A DNA stretch of 64,000 nt from Neocallimastix sp. 'constans'. Its lineage: Eukaryota. Where the stretch lies: assembly GCA_050613775.1 (NCBI GenBank), contig JBODTK010000105.1:496001-560000 (forward strand), written 5' to 3'. The number at the start of each line of letters is the position of its first letter. Within the stretch, counting starts at the first letter, position 1. This document shows, piece by piece, positions 51,873-64,000 of this stretch. The notes under the pieces are model-generated. The model had not been told where the DNA came from. It saw nothing but the letters and a program-made list of their open reading frames with translations, and ran no database searches. The position numbers and the translations under genes were made by a program.

Positions 51873-54800
51873 TTAAGAAGGAAGATCAATTACAAAAGGT
51901 TGATATTTATGTCTAACATAGTACTCGTTTGCATCATCAGGTGGTTGACAGAATTCGTTGTTAACATTCGAAGATTTGTTCTTCTTTTCATTTCTGTAAT
52001 ATTCTTGTATTAATTGTCTATCAAGAATTTGATCTTCATCAATCCAAGTATTTTCACTAAAATCGCATCCTTTCCATTTAATCAAGTAACGATTCTTATT
52101 GTTAAAGGTTTTCATTTTAATTATTCTTTCAGGAGTTCTATCAATTGTATCCGTATTAAGATTAATATTTCTTCTACGAGTATTTCTTCTGTTTGAAAAT
52201 TCATTTTCATGATAAGGTTCGAGAAGTGAAACATGAAATACAGGGTGACAACGCATATTATTAGGAAGTTTAAGTTCGTACGCTAAGTCACTAACTTTTC
52301 TTATTATTTCAAAAGGTCCTATTAGTTGATCAGATAATTTTCTATTTTTCTTTGTTGTATTACCCTTTAAAAGATAAACTTTATTTCCTACTTTAAAATC
52401 TGGAGAATCCATTCTTTTCAGATCTGCATATTTCTTATAAGTCTTTTTTGCTTGCTCTAAGTTTTCTTTTAAAAATTTAATGTTTTCATTAATATTTAAT
52501 ATTCTTTTCTCAGCTCTATGCGGATTCTCATTTGAAGGAATTTCAGGATTAAATTTCGGATTAAAACCATAATTTGCAAAAAATGGTGATTGATTTATTG
52601 ACTGTTGTAAAGTATTATTATAGGAAAATTCTGCAAAAGGTAATAAATCAAGCCAGTTATTTTGCTTTTCATTGATGAAACAACGAAGATATTGTTCCAA
52701 TATCGAGTTCACCCTCTCCGTTTGACCATCGGTCTGCGGGTGATAAGCAGTAGAAAAAGAATGCTTAATATTTAAAAGAGAGCAAAGACGATTCCAAAAA
52801 TCAGAGGTAAATTGAGAACCACGATCAGAAATAATAGAATCGGGGAAACCATGAAGTTTAAAAATATTAGCAATGAAAGAATCAGCAGCAATAGAAGCAG
52901 TAGGAAGACATCTAAAAGGTATAAAATGAGCCATTTTAGTTAAGCGATCCACAACAACCATTATAGTAGTCATATCTTTGGATTTCGGAAGTTCAACAAT
53001 AAAATCCATAGAGATAGCAGACCAGGCTCTATTTGGTGTAGAAAGTGGAGAAAGTAAACCATATGGCTTATGTCTTGGGATTTTGGATTTTGAACAAATT
53101 TCACAAGATTTAATAAACATTTTAACATCTTTTTGTAATTTAGGCCACCAGAAATTACGAGAAATAAGTTCAATAGTTTTATTAATTCCAAAATGACCAG
53201 CAGAAATAGAGTCATGATGGAGTTCTAAAACTCTTATTCTAATTTTATTGGGAACATAAATTAAATTTTCAAAAAGTAAATAACCATTTTTGTCAAGAGA
53301 AAATTTATCGATTTTACTAAAAGGGGGATCTTTTGATTTATCATTTTTAAGAAATTCAGTTATTTTGCAATAGAATTCATCATTAGCTAGAGAATCATGA
53401 ATAGAGGAGATTAAAGAATCATTCTTAAAACTACATGAATTAATAACGCATGAAATAGGACGAACACTAGCAAATAAATGATCACTACGTCTTGATAAAA
53501 TATCTGGTTTACCTGACTTTTTACCAGCTCTGTAAATTAGTTTAAAATCAAATCTAGATAAGAATTCATACCAACGAATTTGGCGTTGGGAAAGAAGTTC
53601 AGGTTTTCGAGGGAAAGTTAAATTCTTATGATCAGTATAAATAATAAACTGATGGCGAGCTCCTTCTAAGTAATGTCTCCATCCTTCCAATGCAACTTTA
53701 ATAGCAAGAAGTTCTTTGTCATAGATAGGGTAATTTCTTTGGGATTTAGTTAAGCTAGTAGAAATAAAAGCAATTGGATGCAAATGCCCATCAAATTCCT
53801 GAGAAAGAATTGCACCAACAGCAAAATTACTAGCATCAGTTTCAACAATGAATTGTTTGTTGCTATCAGGATGTTTCAAAATAGGAGCAGTAGTAAATAA
53901 TTCTTTTAAAGTATCAAACGCTTTTTGTTGTTCAGAACTCCAATTAAAAGGAACATTTTTTCTAGTTAATTTGTGGAGAGGATTTGCAATTTTCGCAAAG
54001 TCTTTAATAAAAATTCTGTAATAATTACAAAGTCCAATAAACGATTGAATTTCTTTAACGTTTGTTGGAACAGGCCAATCTAAAATTGCTTTAACTTTTT
54101 CTTTATCCATTTTAATTCCATCTCTTGATAAAACATAACCAAGAAAAGTAGTTTCAGTTACATCAAATTCACACTTTTCTAATTTAACAACTAAATGATT
54201 CTCTAACAATTTTCTTAAAACTTTCTTGACATGTACATGATGTTCTTCTAAAGTATTAGAATAAATTAAAATGTCATCAATATAAGAGATTACAAAATCA
54301 TCTAAGTAATCACTGAGAACATCATTTATAAAATGTTGGAATATAGCAGGGGCATTCTTAAGCCCAAAAGGCATAACGAGATATTCAAAGTGCCCATATC
54401 TTGTGCGAAAGGCAGTTTTGTACTCGTCACCTTCTTTAATTCTTACTAAGTTATAGGCAGATTTTAAATCTAACTTAGTAAAATATTTAGCACCTTTAAC
54501 TCTATCCAACAATTCACTAATTAAAGGAAGTGGATAAGAGTTACGGATGGTCATTTCGTTCAATTTTCTATAATCAATAACTAGTCTATAAGTACCATCC
54601 TTTTTTCTAACAAATAAAATAGGTGCACCAGCAGGAGAAGAAGATTTCCTAATAAAACCCTTTTTTAAATTCTCTTCTAAATATTTCTTTAATTCTTCTC
54701 TCTCCGTTTCAGTTAAAGGGTACAACGGACCATAAAATAGACTACAATTATCTTTTAATTTAATTTCACAATCATAATTACGATGCGGAGGTAACACATT

Positions 54801-56642
54801 ACAATTATTTTCATTAAACACTTCTTTAAACATCAAATAGATTTCAGGTACTTCGACCTTTTCACCATCTTTATTTAAATTATTATCTTCATCATTACAT
54901 TTTTCAATTACATTTAATTTCTTACATTTACTTGATTCACAAATTTTCTTTAAGATCTTTAAACTATTTTTACTAATTTTACTATCACAATTCATAACAA
55001 TAATATCATCACTATCACCAAAATTATCGCTATCACTAATGCTATCACTAAAATTATCTAACATAAAAGTATCATTAATATCACTATCGCTATCACTATT
55101 AATAAATTCAGTACAAGTTCTAATACGAGTTCGGCGGCCACGAATAGAAATTTCTTCTTCAGAATCAGATTCGGAATCGGAGTCAAAGAAAGATTTTCTT
55201 TTTCTTGAGTCTTCAATAATTTTATTTTCTTCCAAGTCGGTAGCAGATTCTTTTCCTTTGTTCTTTTTCTTGTTCTTGATCTTGTTCTTTCTTTTTCTTT
55301 TACCGTTATTACAGTGTCTAGCGCAAAATCCTGAGCCAAAGGAGATCTTCTTTGCGTCGTGGTAATTATAAGGCGAATGCTTCTCAATCCAAGGTAGACC
55401 TAAAATAATATCAACATCAGGAATTCTGAGTACATACAATTGAATGGTTTCTAAGTGATTTTTTAAACGTAAAATGCACTTCTCCGTTTCCTTTTTAACT
55501 GTTGATATTCCGTAACCAAGACCAGTAACACGGAATGGTTCTTCAATTTGTTGGGTTTTGATTCCAAAAGCCTTCGCAAATTCTGGGTGAATAAAGTTAA
55601 GATCTGATCCAGAATCAATCAAAACTCTTGCCTTTACTTCTTCTGTATCGTTTGTTTTGATATAAAAATCAATAATGTTACTTTTCTTGGTCAAGAGTGA
55701 GTTTTGCTCTTCAACAATTTTTCTGACTTTCAAAATATCTTCTTGGCTGTTGATTCTTCTGATTCTTCTTAAGCTAGTAGATGCAATATTATCATTTCTT
55801 TCTTTCTTGTTGATCATTTTAACTGTAGCGGGCCTCTTCTTGTTCGGGCAATTAAATTTTAGATGCCCTGGTTGCTTACAATAGTAGCAAAGACCTTTTC
55901 TTCTTTCTTCTTCCTTAGAGTTAACATTCTCCTGGTACAATTTCTTGTTGGATGGGAAATAGTTGGTATTCCTTTGACCTCTCTTGATTCGATAGAGGTC
56001 AACTTCCATGGGATCATTATTAGTGAGTTGTGTACTGGAACTAGCGTTGTTTCGGTGATTGTATTGATGAAAATAAAATTCATTAATACTGTGTCTTTTG
56101 GTTAAACTCTCAATGCTAATAACGTCAGTAAACAAAGCTCTTAAATTGTTTGGGTTCGGATTGACCACGGCAAGATGTTCTCTCATTTTATAATGTAATC
56201 CTTTGATAAACATGTATATTTTTGCAGACTCGTTGAAGTCTGAGTTTCTTGCAACTTTATTGAATTCATTAATGTAATCGTTAACGTGGCCAAACTTATG
56301 TTGACGGATTGAACAAAGTTTCCCATTAGCAATTACAGTATTAACTTCTTCTTCACCATAACGAGCTCTAAGTTCATTAATGAAATTTTCATAGGAATTC
56401 AAAATTTCGTCATTGTTGCGTCTCAAAGACGAAGCCCAGTCTAAAGGTTCTCCAATTAAATAAGAAATTATGAATTTGACTTTTGCGATGTCATTATTAA
56501 TTCTATGTGGGTTGGATTCCATAGCAATTTCGGCTCTGGTTAGGAACCCGTCGAATTCCCTCTTGATACCAGAAAACAGTGGTGGATCATTTACTGTTTT
56601 CTGAGTGTTTCTTAAGAAGCCTTGATTATTTGCTTGGTTCAT
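51873..56642 (-). CDS. Single-ORF Gag-Pol polyprotein (gag, CCHC, PR, RT, RNaseH, IN, chromodomain)
   Basis: CYYCKQPGHLKFNC, LIDSGS, MPFGLKNAP...YIDD, ETDAS, HHCC, SMDF/SDRG/QTER, GPF, YLIKWKG...NTW. First in-frame ATG at 56642; the track start at 56693 is a TTG. Confidence 0.93.
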   Translation of the reverse strand: MNQANNQGFLRNTQKTVNDPPLFSGIKREFDGFLTRAEIAMESNPHRINNDIAKVKFIISYLIGEPLDWASSLRRNNDEILNSYENFINELRARYGEEEVNTVIANGKLCSIRQHKFGHVNDYINEFNKVARNSDFNESAKIYMFIKGLHYKMREHLAVVNPNPNNLRALFTDVISIESLTKRHSINEFYFHQYNHRNNASSSTQLTNNDPMEVDLYRIKRGQRNTNYFPSNKKLYQENVNSKEEERRKGLCYYCKQPGHLKFNCPNKKRPATVKMINKKERNDNIASTSLRRIRRINSQEDILKVRKIVEEQNSLLTKKSNIIDFYIKTNDTEEVKARVLIDSGSDLNFIHPEFAKAFGIKTQQIEEPFRVTGLGYGISTVKKETEKCILRLKNHLETIQLYVLRIPDVDIILGLPWIEKHSPYNYHDAKKISFGSGFCARHCNNGKRKRKNKIKNKKKNKGKESATDLEENKIIEDSRKRKSFFDSDSESDSEEEISIRGRRTRIRTCTEFINSDSDSDINDTFMLDNFSDSISDSDNFGDSDDIIVMNCDSKISKNSLKILKKICESSKCKKLNVIEKCNDEDNNLNKDGEKVEVPEIYLMFKEVFNENNCNVLPPHRNYDCEIKLKDNCSLFYGPLYPLTETEREELKKYLEENLKKGFIRKSSSPAGAPILFVRKKDGTYRLVIDYRKLNEMTIRNSYPLPLISELLDRVKGAKYFTKLDLKSAYNLVRIKEGDEYKTAFRTRYGHFEYLVMPFGLKNAPAIFQHFINDVLSDYLDDFVISYIDDILIYSNTLEEHHVHVKKVLRKLLENHLVVKLEKCEFDVTETTFLGYVLSRDGIKMDKEKVKAILDWPVPTNVKEIQSFIGLCNYYRIFIKDFAKIANPLHKLTRKNVPFNWSSEQQKAFDTLKELFTTAPILKHPDSNKQFIVETDASNFAVGAILSQEFDGHLHPIAFISTSLTKSQRNYPIYDKELLAIKVALEGWRHYLEGARHQFIIYTDHKNLTFPRKPELLSQRQIRWYEFLSRFDFKLIYRAGKKSGKPDILSRRSDHLFASVRPISCVINSCSFKNDSLISSIHDSLANDEFYCKITEFLKNDKSKDPPFSKIDKFSLDKNGYLLFENLIYVPNKIRIRVLELHHDSISAGHFGINKTIELISRNFWWPKLQKDVKMFIKSCEICSKSKIPRHKPYGLLSPLSTPNRAWSAISMDFIVELPKSKDMTTIMVVVDRLTKMAHFIPFRCLPTASIAADSFIANIFKLHGFPDSIISDRGSQFTSDFWNRLCSLLNIKHSFSTAYHPQTDGQTERVNSILEQYLRCFINEKQNNWLDLLPFAEFSYNNTLQQSINQSPFFANYGFNPKFNPEIPSNENPHRAEKRILNINENIKFLKENLEQAKKTYKKYADLKRMDSPDFKVGNKVYLLKGNTTKKNRKLSDQLIGPFEIIRKVSDLAYELKLPNNMRCHPVFHVSLLEPYHENEFSNRRNTRRRNINLNTDTIDRTPERIIKMKTFNNKNRYLIKWKGCDFSENTWIDEDQILDRQLIQEYYRNEKKNKSSNVNNEFCQPPDDANEYYVRHKYQPFVIDLPS

Positions 56643-56975
56643 TTCTAAATCAAGGTTTTCGAATTTTTGAATTAAATCTTCAACTTCGTTCAATTTGTAA
56701 CTTATTATTTACTTTTGAATATTTTAAATAATGATATTTGAAATAGATGTTCTAATAAAAAGATATTTCTATTATAATATTTTATGTAAAGTCGAACTGG
56801 TTCTCTCCAATTGTAGTGGTGCCGTCGAGTAAACTGAATATTATAATATAGTATCTTACTGGTTAAAATTTAATTCCAAATAATATTATGGATTTCTCAC
56901 GTAATCTGGTAATTTTATTCAAAAGTCTTGCACAAGTGTCCCAATATGATAAATGGTATGGTATGAGTCTGGTAA

Positions 56976-57023
<48 letters not shown>

Positions 57024-57311
57024 TGGTAGAATTAGCCTGAATCGAGTAGAATATTTCCTTAAACTGGTAGAATAGCCTGAATCGAGTTGAATATTTCCTT
57101 AAACTGGTAGCGATATCCTAAAGCTGGTAGCAATAATCTAAAATTGTGAGTATTCCAAAGTCGGTAGTGTCAAAAGTGGGTAGCTTCTAAAAATCCTTGG
57201 TAAAAATATCTGGTAAAAATATCTTGATTCAAGCCACAAATAAGCCACAAAAGAGTCACGTGTTTTAAATATTTTTTATTGATTTATAACGTATTTTTGT
57301 TTGTTTAAGAG

Positions 57312-57322
57312 GTAATTGTTAT
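57312..57322 (-). promoter_or_regulatory. Self-priming PBS (ATAACAATTAC) complementary to the predicted transcript 5' end
   Basis: Complement GTAATTGTTAT lies in the LTR at 57486-57476 (minus), about 30 nt downstream of TATAAATA (57523-57516). Confidence 0.8.
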
Positions 57323-60300
57323 TATAAAGTTTTGGTAAAAAAATAGATTATAAATCAACACTTCAATAATAACACTAAAACACAAAATAATAGTTTTAAA
57401 GAACAAGTTTTATTAATTTTTTTTAAATATTAAAATCTTTATTTATTTTAAAGTGTTATTAACAAGAAATCGTTAATAACAATTACATCGATTAAAATAC
57501 ATGAAATTTGATAACTATTTATATTTTTATCTTATTACATTTATAATATATAATTCCTATTGAATTATATTATCTAGCTATTTATTTAAAAACAATACTA
57601 ACCTAAACTAATAATAAATAATTAACTATTACTAAATAAAGAGAATTATAATTAATAACTAAAATAAATATAATCAATTCTAATTGAGTTCATTTATTAT
57701 TTATTTATTATTTAAATATTATTAGTAAATTTATTATATATTTTCTATTTAAAAATAATATAAAAGTTGTCATAATTATTTAATATAAATTTAGCATAAA
57801 ATGCCGTAAGTTTCAACATGACTAATTGCATAGTTTCATGTTGTTAATTTATCTTGTGAAAAACCTTAACTCTTATTATTTAAATTAAATTACATAAAAA
57901 GAAATGATTTTCAATTACTAGTTTCACAAGAGAAATTTTTAATTTATTAATATGATTGGGAAGAAGTCGAAGTTTTGTTTAAAATTATTTGCAATAATTT
58001 TATACACGTGATTTTTAATAGATTTATTTCAATTTTACTTAAATTTATGATTAAATTTAATTAAAATTTATAAAGATATTAATAATATCTTTACAGATAC
58101 ATAAACGATAAAAAAATTATCCTTCATAATGTCCTTTACATTCCAGCATTTAGAAGAAGCCTCCTCTCTATTGATTGTCTTAGTGAAAGACATTTTAAAA
58201 CAATTTTTTATAATAAAAATAATAATAATCTTGCCTCTATTTATAATAAAAGAGGAAATAAATTATGCACATTTAAGTCCACTAAAAATAGAATTTATAA
58301 ATTGTGGACTTCAACTAAAAAAATATCATTCAATGAAAAGAATATAAAAATCTGTAACAGTATTACACAACTAGATGGCAATATGGAATTATGGCATCGT
58401 AGATTAGGGCACTTCAACATAGATATGATTAAAGACAAATTAAAAAATATAAAGATTGATGAAAAATGTGAAGTGTGCCTTCGTTCAAAATTTAGAAATA
58501 AACCATATAAAAGCTCTATCAATAGAGCTAATGAACTCTTTGAGCTTATCCACATGGATACTATTAGTGTACCTAATTCGTCTATATATGGAAATAAATT
58601 TATTTTTACAATTCTTGACGATTACTCACGATATGGATGGGTATTTTGTCTAAAATCCAAAAGTGAAATATTCAATACTTTCACTATTTGGTATAACAAA
58701 GTCAAGAATATTCAAAAAAAAACATCAAATATATACGTTCTGATAACGGAACTGAATTTAAAAATAATAATTTTTCTAATTTCTGTAATAAAGAAGGTAT
58801 AATTCAACAATTTACAGTTCCTTATAACCCACAACAAAATGGTCGTTCTGAACGCTTCAATAGAACTCTCATATTTGCCGCCACTGCTATGCTCAGAGAT
58901 GCTAAATTGCATCATAAATTTTGGGAAGATGCTGTATACACAGCTAATTATATACACAATAGAATACCCCATAAAGGTATCAATAATCAGGTTCCATTTG
59001 AAATTCTTTACAATAACAAGGTTGATTAAAATAAATTCAAAGTTTTCGGATGTAAAGTTTTTTTCTTTGTCCCCAAGCAATTTAGAAAGAAATTTAGTGA
59101 CACTACTCTTCAAGGTATATTCTTAGGATACGACGATGTCAACCACACGGCCTTCAAGATTTTCGATCCTCTCAATAATAAAATTATCCTTTCTAGAGCT
59201 GTTTCTTTTCTGGAAAATCATCCTGGTAATATTGCCTCTCCCTCGTCTCCTCCTGATATTATTGATTTTTACGACTTTACTGAAGTCGGGGGGAATGAAT
59301 ATAATAATAATTTGGACTTCAATAACGATAATTCATATGATTTAAATAATATTTACGAAAAAAAAGATGTATCCAGTAATAATGACAGTTATAATAACAG
59401 CAATAATAATAATACTAATAATTCACTTTTAGATAAGAATATTAGTTCAAATTATAACACAAGCAATATCAATAATAATTTTAATTTATGTGACTCCTAT
59501 AACAATTTGAATTTATTCAATAATAATAATTTAAATGAAAATAATTTACAAGATTTTAATAATTTTTATTCAAATAATTTTTACCCAAATAATAATTTTT
59601 ATCCAAATAATATTTATCCTAACACTCCTAATAATTTTATAAATCCTTTTCAAATTTTTCAATATCCATTTTATTTTAATCCAAACATTCAAAATTGTCC
59701 ACTTCCAAAATTTAATAATTTAAATAATTATAATTTTACCCTAACCCTAACATTTATACAATAAATTCTGAACAAGAAAAATTAAAAGATTTAAATCATT
59801 CAAATAATTTAAACAATTCAAATGATCAAAACCCTTTTTCAATTTTTAATACTCAAAATAAAAATGATCAAAATGATAATTATAATTCAAACGTAAATAT
59901 TTCACAGAACAAAAGTAATGAGGAGAATGTAAGTGACCAAAGGGTAAACAAGGAAAATGATAAATTAAATGATAATGAAATTTCAAATGAAGTGTTGAAA
60001 TTAAGCGAAAAATCAAAGGATATTAAAAATATTATTAAAGATAAGATAAATTTAATTGAGAATAACCAAAATAAAAATGAAAACCTAAAATACAATTTAA
60101 ATAATAAAAATAATGATAATAACAAAAAAATTATAAATGAACATAATTTAAGCAATCTTAATAATATTGACAATGATGATGACATAAAAAATATTTCAAA
60201 TAAATTAAATTTAAATAAAAATAATCAATTGGAAAATTTAATTTTAAATGAGAATTATGAAAGCAATAATATAAATAAGTCACAATACTCAAAGAAAAGA

Positions 60301-61925
60301 AAGTCTACAGGTATAAATGAAAATATAACTAAAAAATCAAAATACCTAAATTCAGCCGAAATAATTAAAAAGGTAACATACTATTCAGAATTAGAATTAA
60401 GAGAACCACAACAATTTAATGATATTTATAACAAAAGGGACAAATTAGAATGGTTAAAAGCAGTAAATAATGAATTGGAGAATATGAGAAGCCTAAAGGT
60501 GTACAAATTAGTAAATAAAGTTCCTTCCAATGCAAATATAATAACTACATGGTGGGTATTTACTTATAAACGAGATTCTCAAGGAAACATAATAAAAAGA
60601 AAAGCTAGACTTGTTGCTCGGGGGTTTACTCAAATAGAAGGTACGGACTATACATATACCTTCTCTCCAACACTTAGACAAGATTCCCTAAGAATATTAT
60701 CAGCTTATTCCGCGCAAAATAATTATGAAATACATCAATTAGATGTGAAAGCAGCATACTTAAATGCTGACTTGGAAGAAGAAATATACATGGAAGCACC
60801 AGAAGGAGATGATAATTATAAGAAAAAATATTGGAAACTGAATAAAGCTCTCTATGGACTGAAGCACAATGTAAAAGTATATATAAAAAGTATGCATTAT
60901 TAATATAATTAATAATAAAGTGTTCTAAAATATAGTAAAATAAAACAAAAGTATCATTTCGCAAAATTTTTAATAAATAAATAAATTAATAATAAAACAA
61001 ATAAATAATATATATGATTTAAATAAATAACTAAATAAATAAAAATAAATAAATGAAACTATAATAAATAAATAAATTTTAAAATTAAATTTTTAAAAAA
61101 AATATATATATATATGGACATATATATAATAAATATACATTATATAATAATAAATAATCATTAGATTTAACGCTTTAAAAAAGTAAAATATTTTATCATA
61201 TGTTTTAAACGTTTTATAATTTTTAAAATATATAAAAGAATTTTATATATATAAAAAAAATAAGTATTAATAATTTAAAAGATGTAAAGGATAATAATTT
61301 ATAATATAACTATTAAAATTAAAAATAATTAAAAAAATAATTATTATAAAGATTAAAAATTAATATATAAATAATTAATTGATCATTTTACACATTTTAA
61401 GTCCTTGCGAAGTATTTTAAAAAAATCTTAAATTACTAATAATTTTTTTAATAAAAAAAATATTTATAAATAATTCAGTAAAAAAAAAAAAAAAAAAAAA
61501 AAAAAGATGAGGACATCATAAAAAAGGGAGTTAAAAGTAGCACAAAGTTAGGATGATTTTAGGTGGAATCTATTTTTTTTATTTTATATTTTAATATTTT
61601 ATATTTTATATTTTGTATTTTATATTTCTATATTTCTATATTTTATATTTTATATTTTTATTTTTTATTTTTTGTTTTTTATTTTTTTTTATTTTTTATT
61701 TTTTTTTTATATTATATTTTATATTTTATATTTCTATATTTCTAAAAAAAAATATCATTGAATTTAATAATAAAATTATTAAACTTCTCATATAAAATTT
61801 TGCCTATGAAATCTCTAAATTATATATATTAGGGAGTGTTGCATTTCGGAAAATGTAGCTTATTAAAATTATAATAAATAAATTGATAATTAGTTTTGAT
61901 AAATAATATCAAATTAAGGTTAAAG

Positions 61926-62132
<207 letters not shown>

Positions 62133-64000
62133 GTAGCACATAAAAATCCCGCATATCAATATGAATATCATGAAATAAAAATAACAAAAATAAGCATAAA
62201 ACTTAAATAATAATAATAATAATATATATTTAATAGCAATGATAAAATTTCTTATAAAAAAAATACTATTATATAAAATTCTGGTTTGTCTCCTTTTGTA
62301 GGGAGAAACTATTTTAAAGAGTATTCTTATTGATATTTATTAAATATTTAAAATTTTTTAGAGTAAAATAGTATAAAAAATAATTATCTTTTATTATAAT
62401 ATTAAAGAATAAATTCACAAAAATTATAAACAATAAATTTTTGTTTTATATATTAATAATTAATAATTCTTTAACATAAATTTATTAAATCACGTTACTT
62501 TTATAACATTTTTCATTTTATCATTTCATTATTAATTATTGAAATTTATTCATAATTAAAATTTTTATTTAAATTTTTATTTATATTTTTATTATGAAAA
62601 GATTTAATTTATTACTTTTTTTTTAATATTTTAAATTGTTTTATTAAAAAAAAAATTAAAAGTTATTTAAATGTGTAATTATATTTCAACTTTCTTTTGG
62701 TATATATTATATTTAATGAAATATATATATATATATATATATTTAGTTTAGAATTTTTAAAGAGATATTAATTTTTATATTTTACTATTATTCTATATTA
62801 TAATTTTTTTATAGTTCTTTATAAAAATGGCTAAGTATTAATTAATACATCATATTAAATTTATATCCACAATTTGAAAACTATATTTATTATGATAACC
62901 ACCATCATTCCTATTGTTATGAAAGTACATCAAAAGAATGTGAAATTTTAAATCAATTAAATAAAAATTGAACTAAGAAAAAAAATAAAATAAAAAGATA
63001 TTTATTATTAATTTAAATAATCTATATATATTATTATTGATTAAAAAAACAATTATGTATTATTTTTTATATATTTTTTTAATTTAATTATTTTAAACTC
63101 TATTCTAATATTAACAAATAATTAATATGATTTAAATTTATGGATATCTTTTAATTATTATTATTATTATTATTATTACACTAAAAATATTATTATTATT
63201 ATTATTATAATAATATTATTATACTTATTATTATTACACTTGTTAAATATTATTATAACTATTATTATTATTATTATTATTATTATCATTTATTATTATT
63301 ATTATAAGGATTAAGATAAAATTTTAAAAAGTTAATTATTTTTAATACATACAAATTTAGTAAAAATTCTAAAAATAAAAAAATTAATTTATTATCTAAA
63401 AGAGATTAAATATATATAGAAAAAAGAGAACTATAGATTCAACTTTTAATAAAATATATGTATAAACATAATTAAATATATATAAAAATAATTAAAAAAA
63501 ATGAAAAAGTAATAAGGAAGGGGTGAAGTAATACTAAAATACTTCTAATTTCTATAACTATTATAATAAAATAATATAGTTATATCTATTATAAATAATT
63601 GTTCAATTTAATAATTTATTATTCTTTTTTATACATCTACAGAGTTAATTTTAATTTTATGATTTTAACTTTCTTTTATATAATTATAATTTAAATCATA
63701 ATATCTGATATAAATATATTTCTATATATTTATATATTTATTAATCATGTATTAATTATAAATATAAATATCATTTGAATATTTTGTTTGATATAAAAAA
63801 TCAATAAACAAATAAATAAATAAAAACAAAAATAAAAAAAAAAACATAAATAAAAAAAGGGGAAAATATTTATATATAAATGTGTATACAAGAATGCGAT
63901 TATTCACAACAATAGTAACTATTGAAAAACTCGGTGAAATAATTTCAAATGGTAATGTTAAAAAATTACGATTTTTATTGGAATATGCAAACAAACATAA

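Larger units (their letters stand above)
51063..58095 (-). mobile_element. Intact Ty3/gypsy chromovirus (Tf1/sushi-like)
   Basis: 773-bp LTRs 51063-51835 and 57323-58095, identical by eye. TSD GATAC (51058-51062 / 58096-58100). PPT AAGGGGCGAGAT at 51836-51848. One uninterrupted ORF. Confidence 0.95.
48631..60950 (+). mobile_element. Ty1/copia element with two nested insertions and an RT-to-3'LTR deletion
   Basis: TSD GTATC (48626-48630 / 60951-60955). 5' LTR 48631-~48923; its last ~82 bp recur at ~60869-60950. Gag (CYKCKKRGHIAKFC), PR (WTLDSGASCHM), IN (58302-59250), and RT up to ALYGLK. Confidence 0.9.

Noticed and set aside
57022..57130. CRISPR-like repeat array
   Set aside because: Tandem units without unique spacers, inside a retrotransposon UTR in eukaryotic DNA; no cas genes.

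Overview
Extremely AT-rich eukaryotic DNA with short GT-AG introns and AAT microsatellites; the gene content suggests an anaerobic gut fungus (Neocallimastigomycota; inference). Host genes: (i) five paralogous receptors (four full-length, one truncated) built as signal peptide + bacterial-type sugar-ABC solute-binding (SBP) ectodomain + class-C/GABA-B-like 7TM; (ii) a secreted LRR protein with a Tyr/Gly-rich tail and a probable GPI signal; (iii) an intronless 168-aa orphan ORF. The rest is nested LTR retrotransposons. One Ty3/gypsy chromovirus is intact, with apparently identical LTRs and a Tf1-like self-priming site. A Ty1/copia family has a PBS matching the anticodon arm of tRNA-Lys(CUU) (half-tRNA priming), a candidate -1 gag/pol frameshift signal and an Asn-rich integrase tail. 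Three receptor copies are recent inverted, mosaic duplicates whose ectodomain differences cluster at predicted ligand-contact segments. All exon coordinates and alignments were read by eye.
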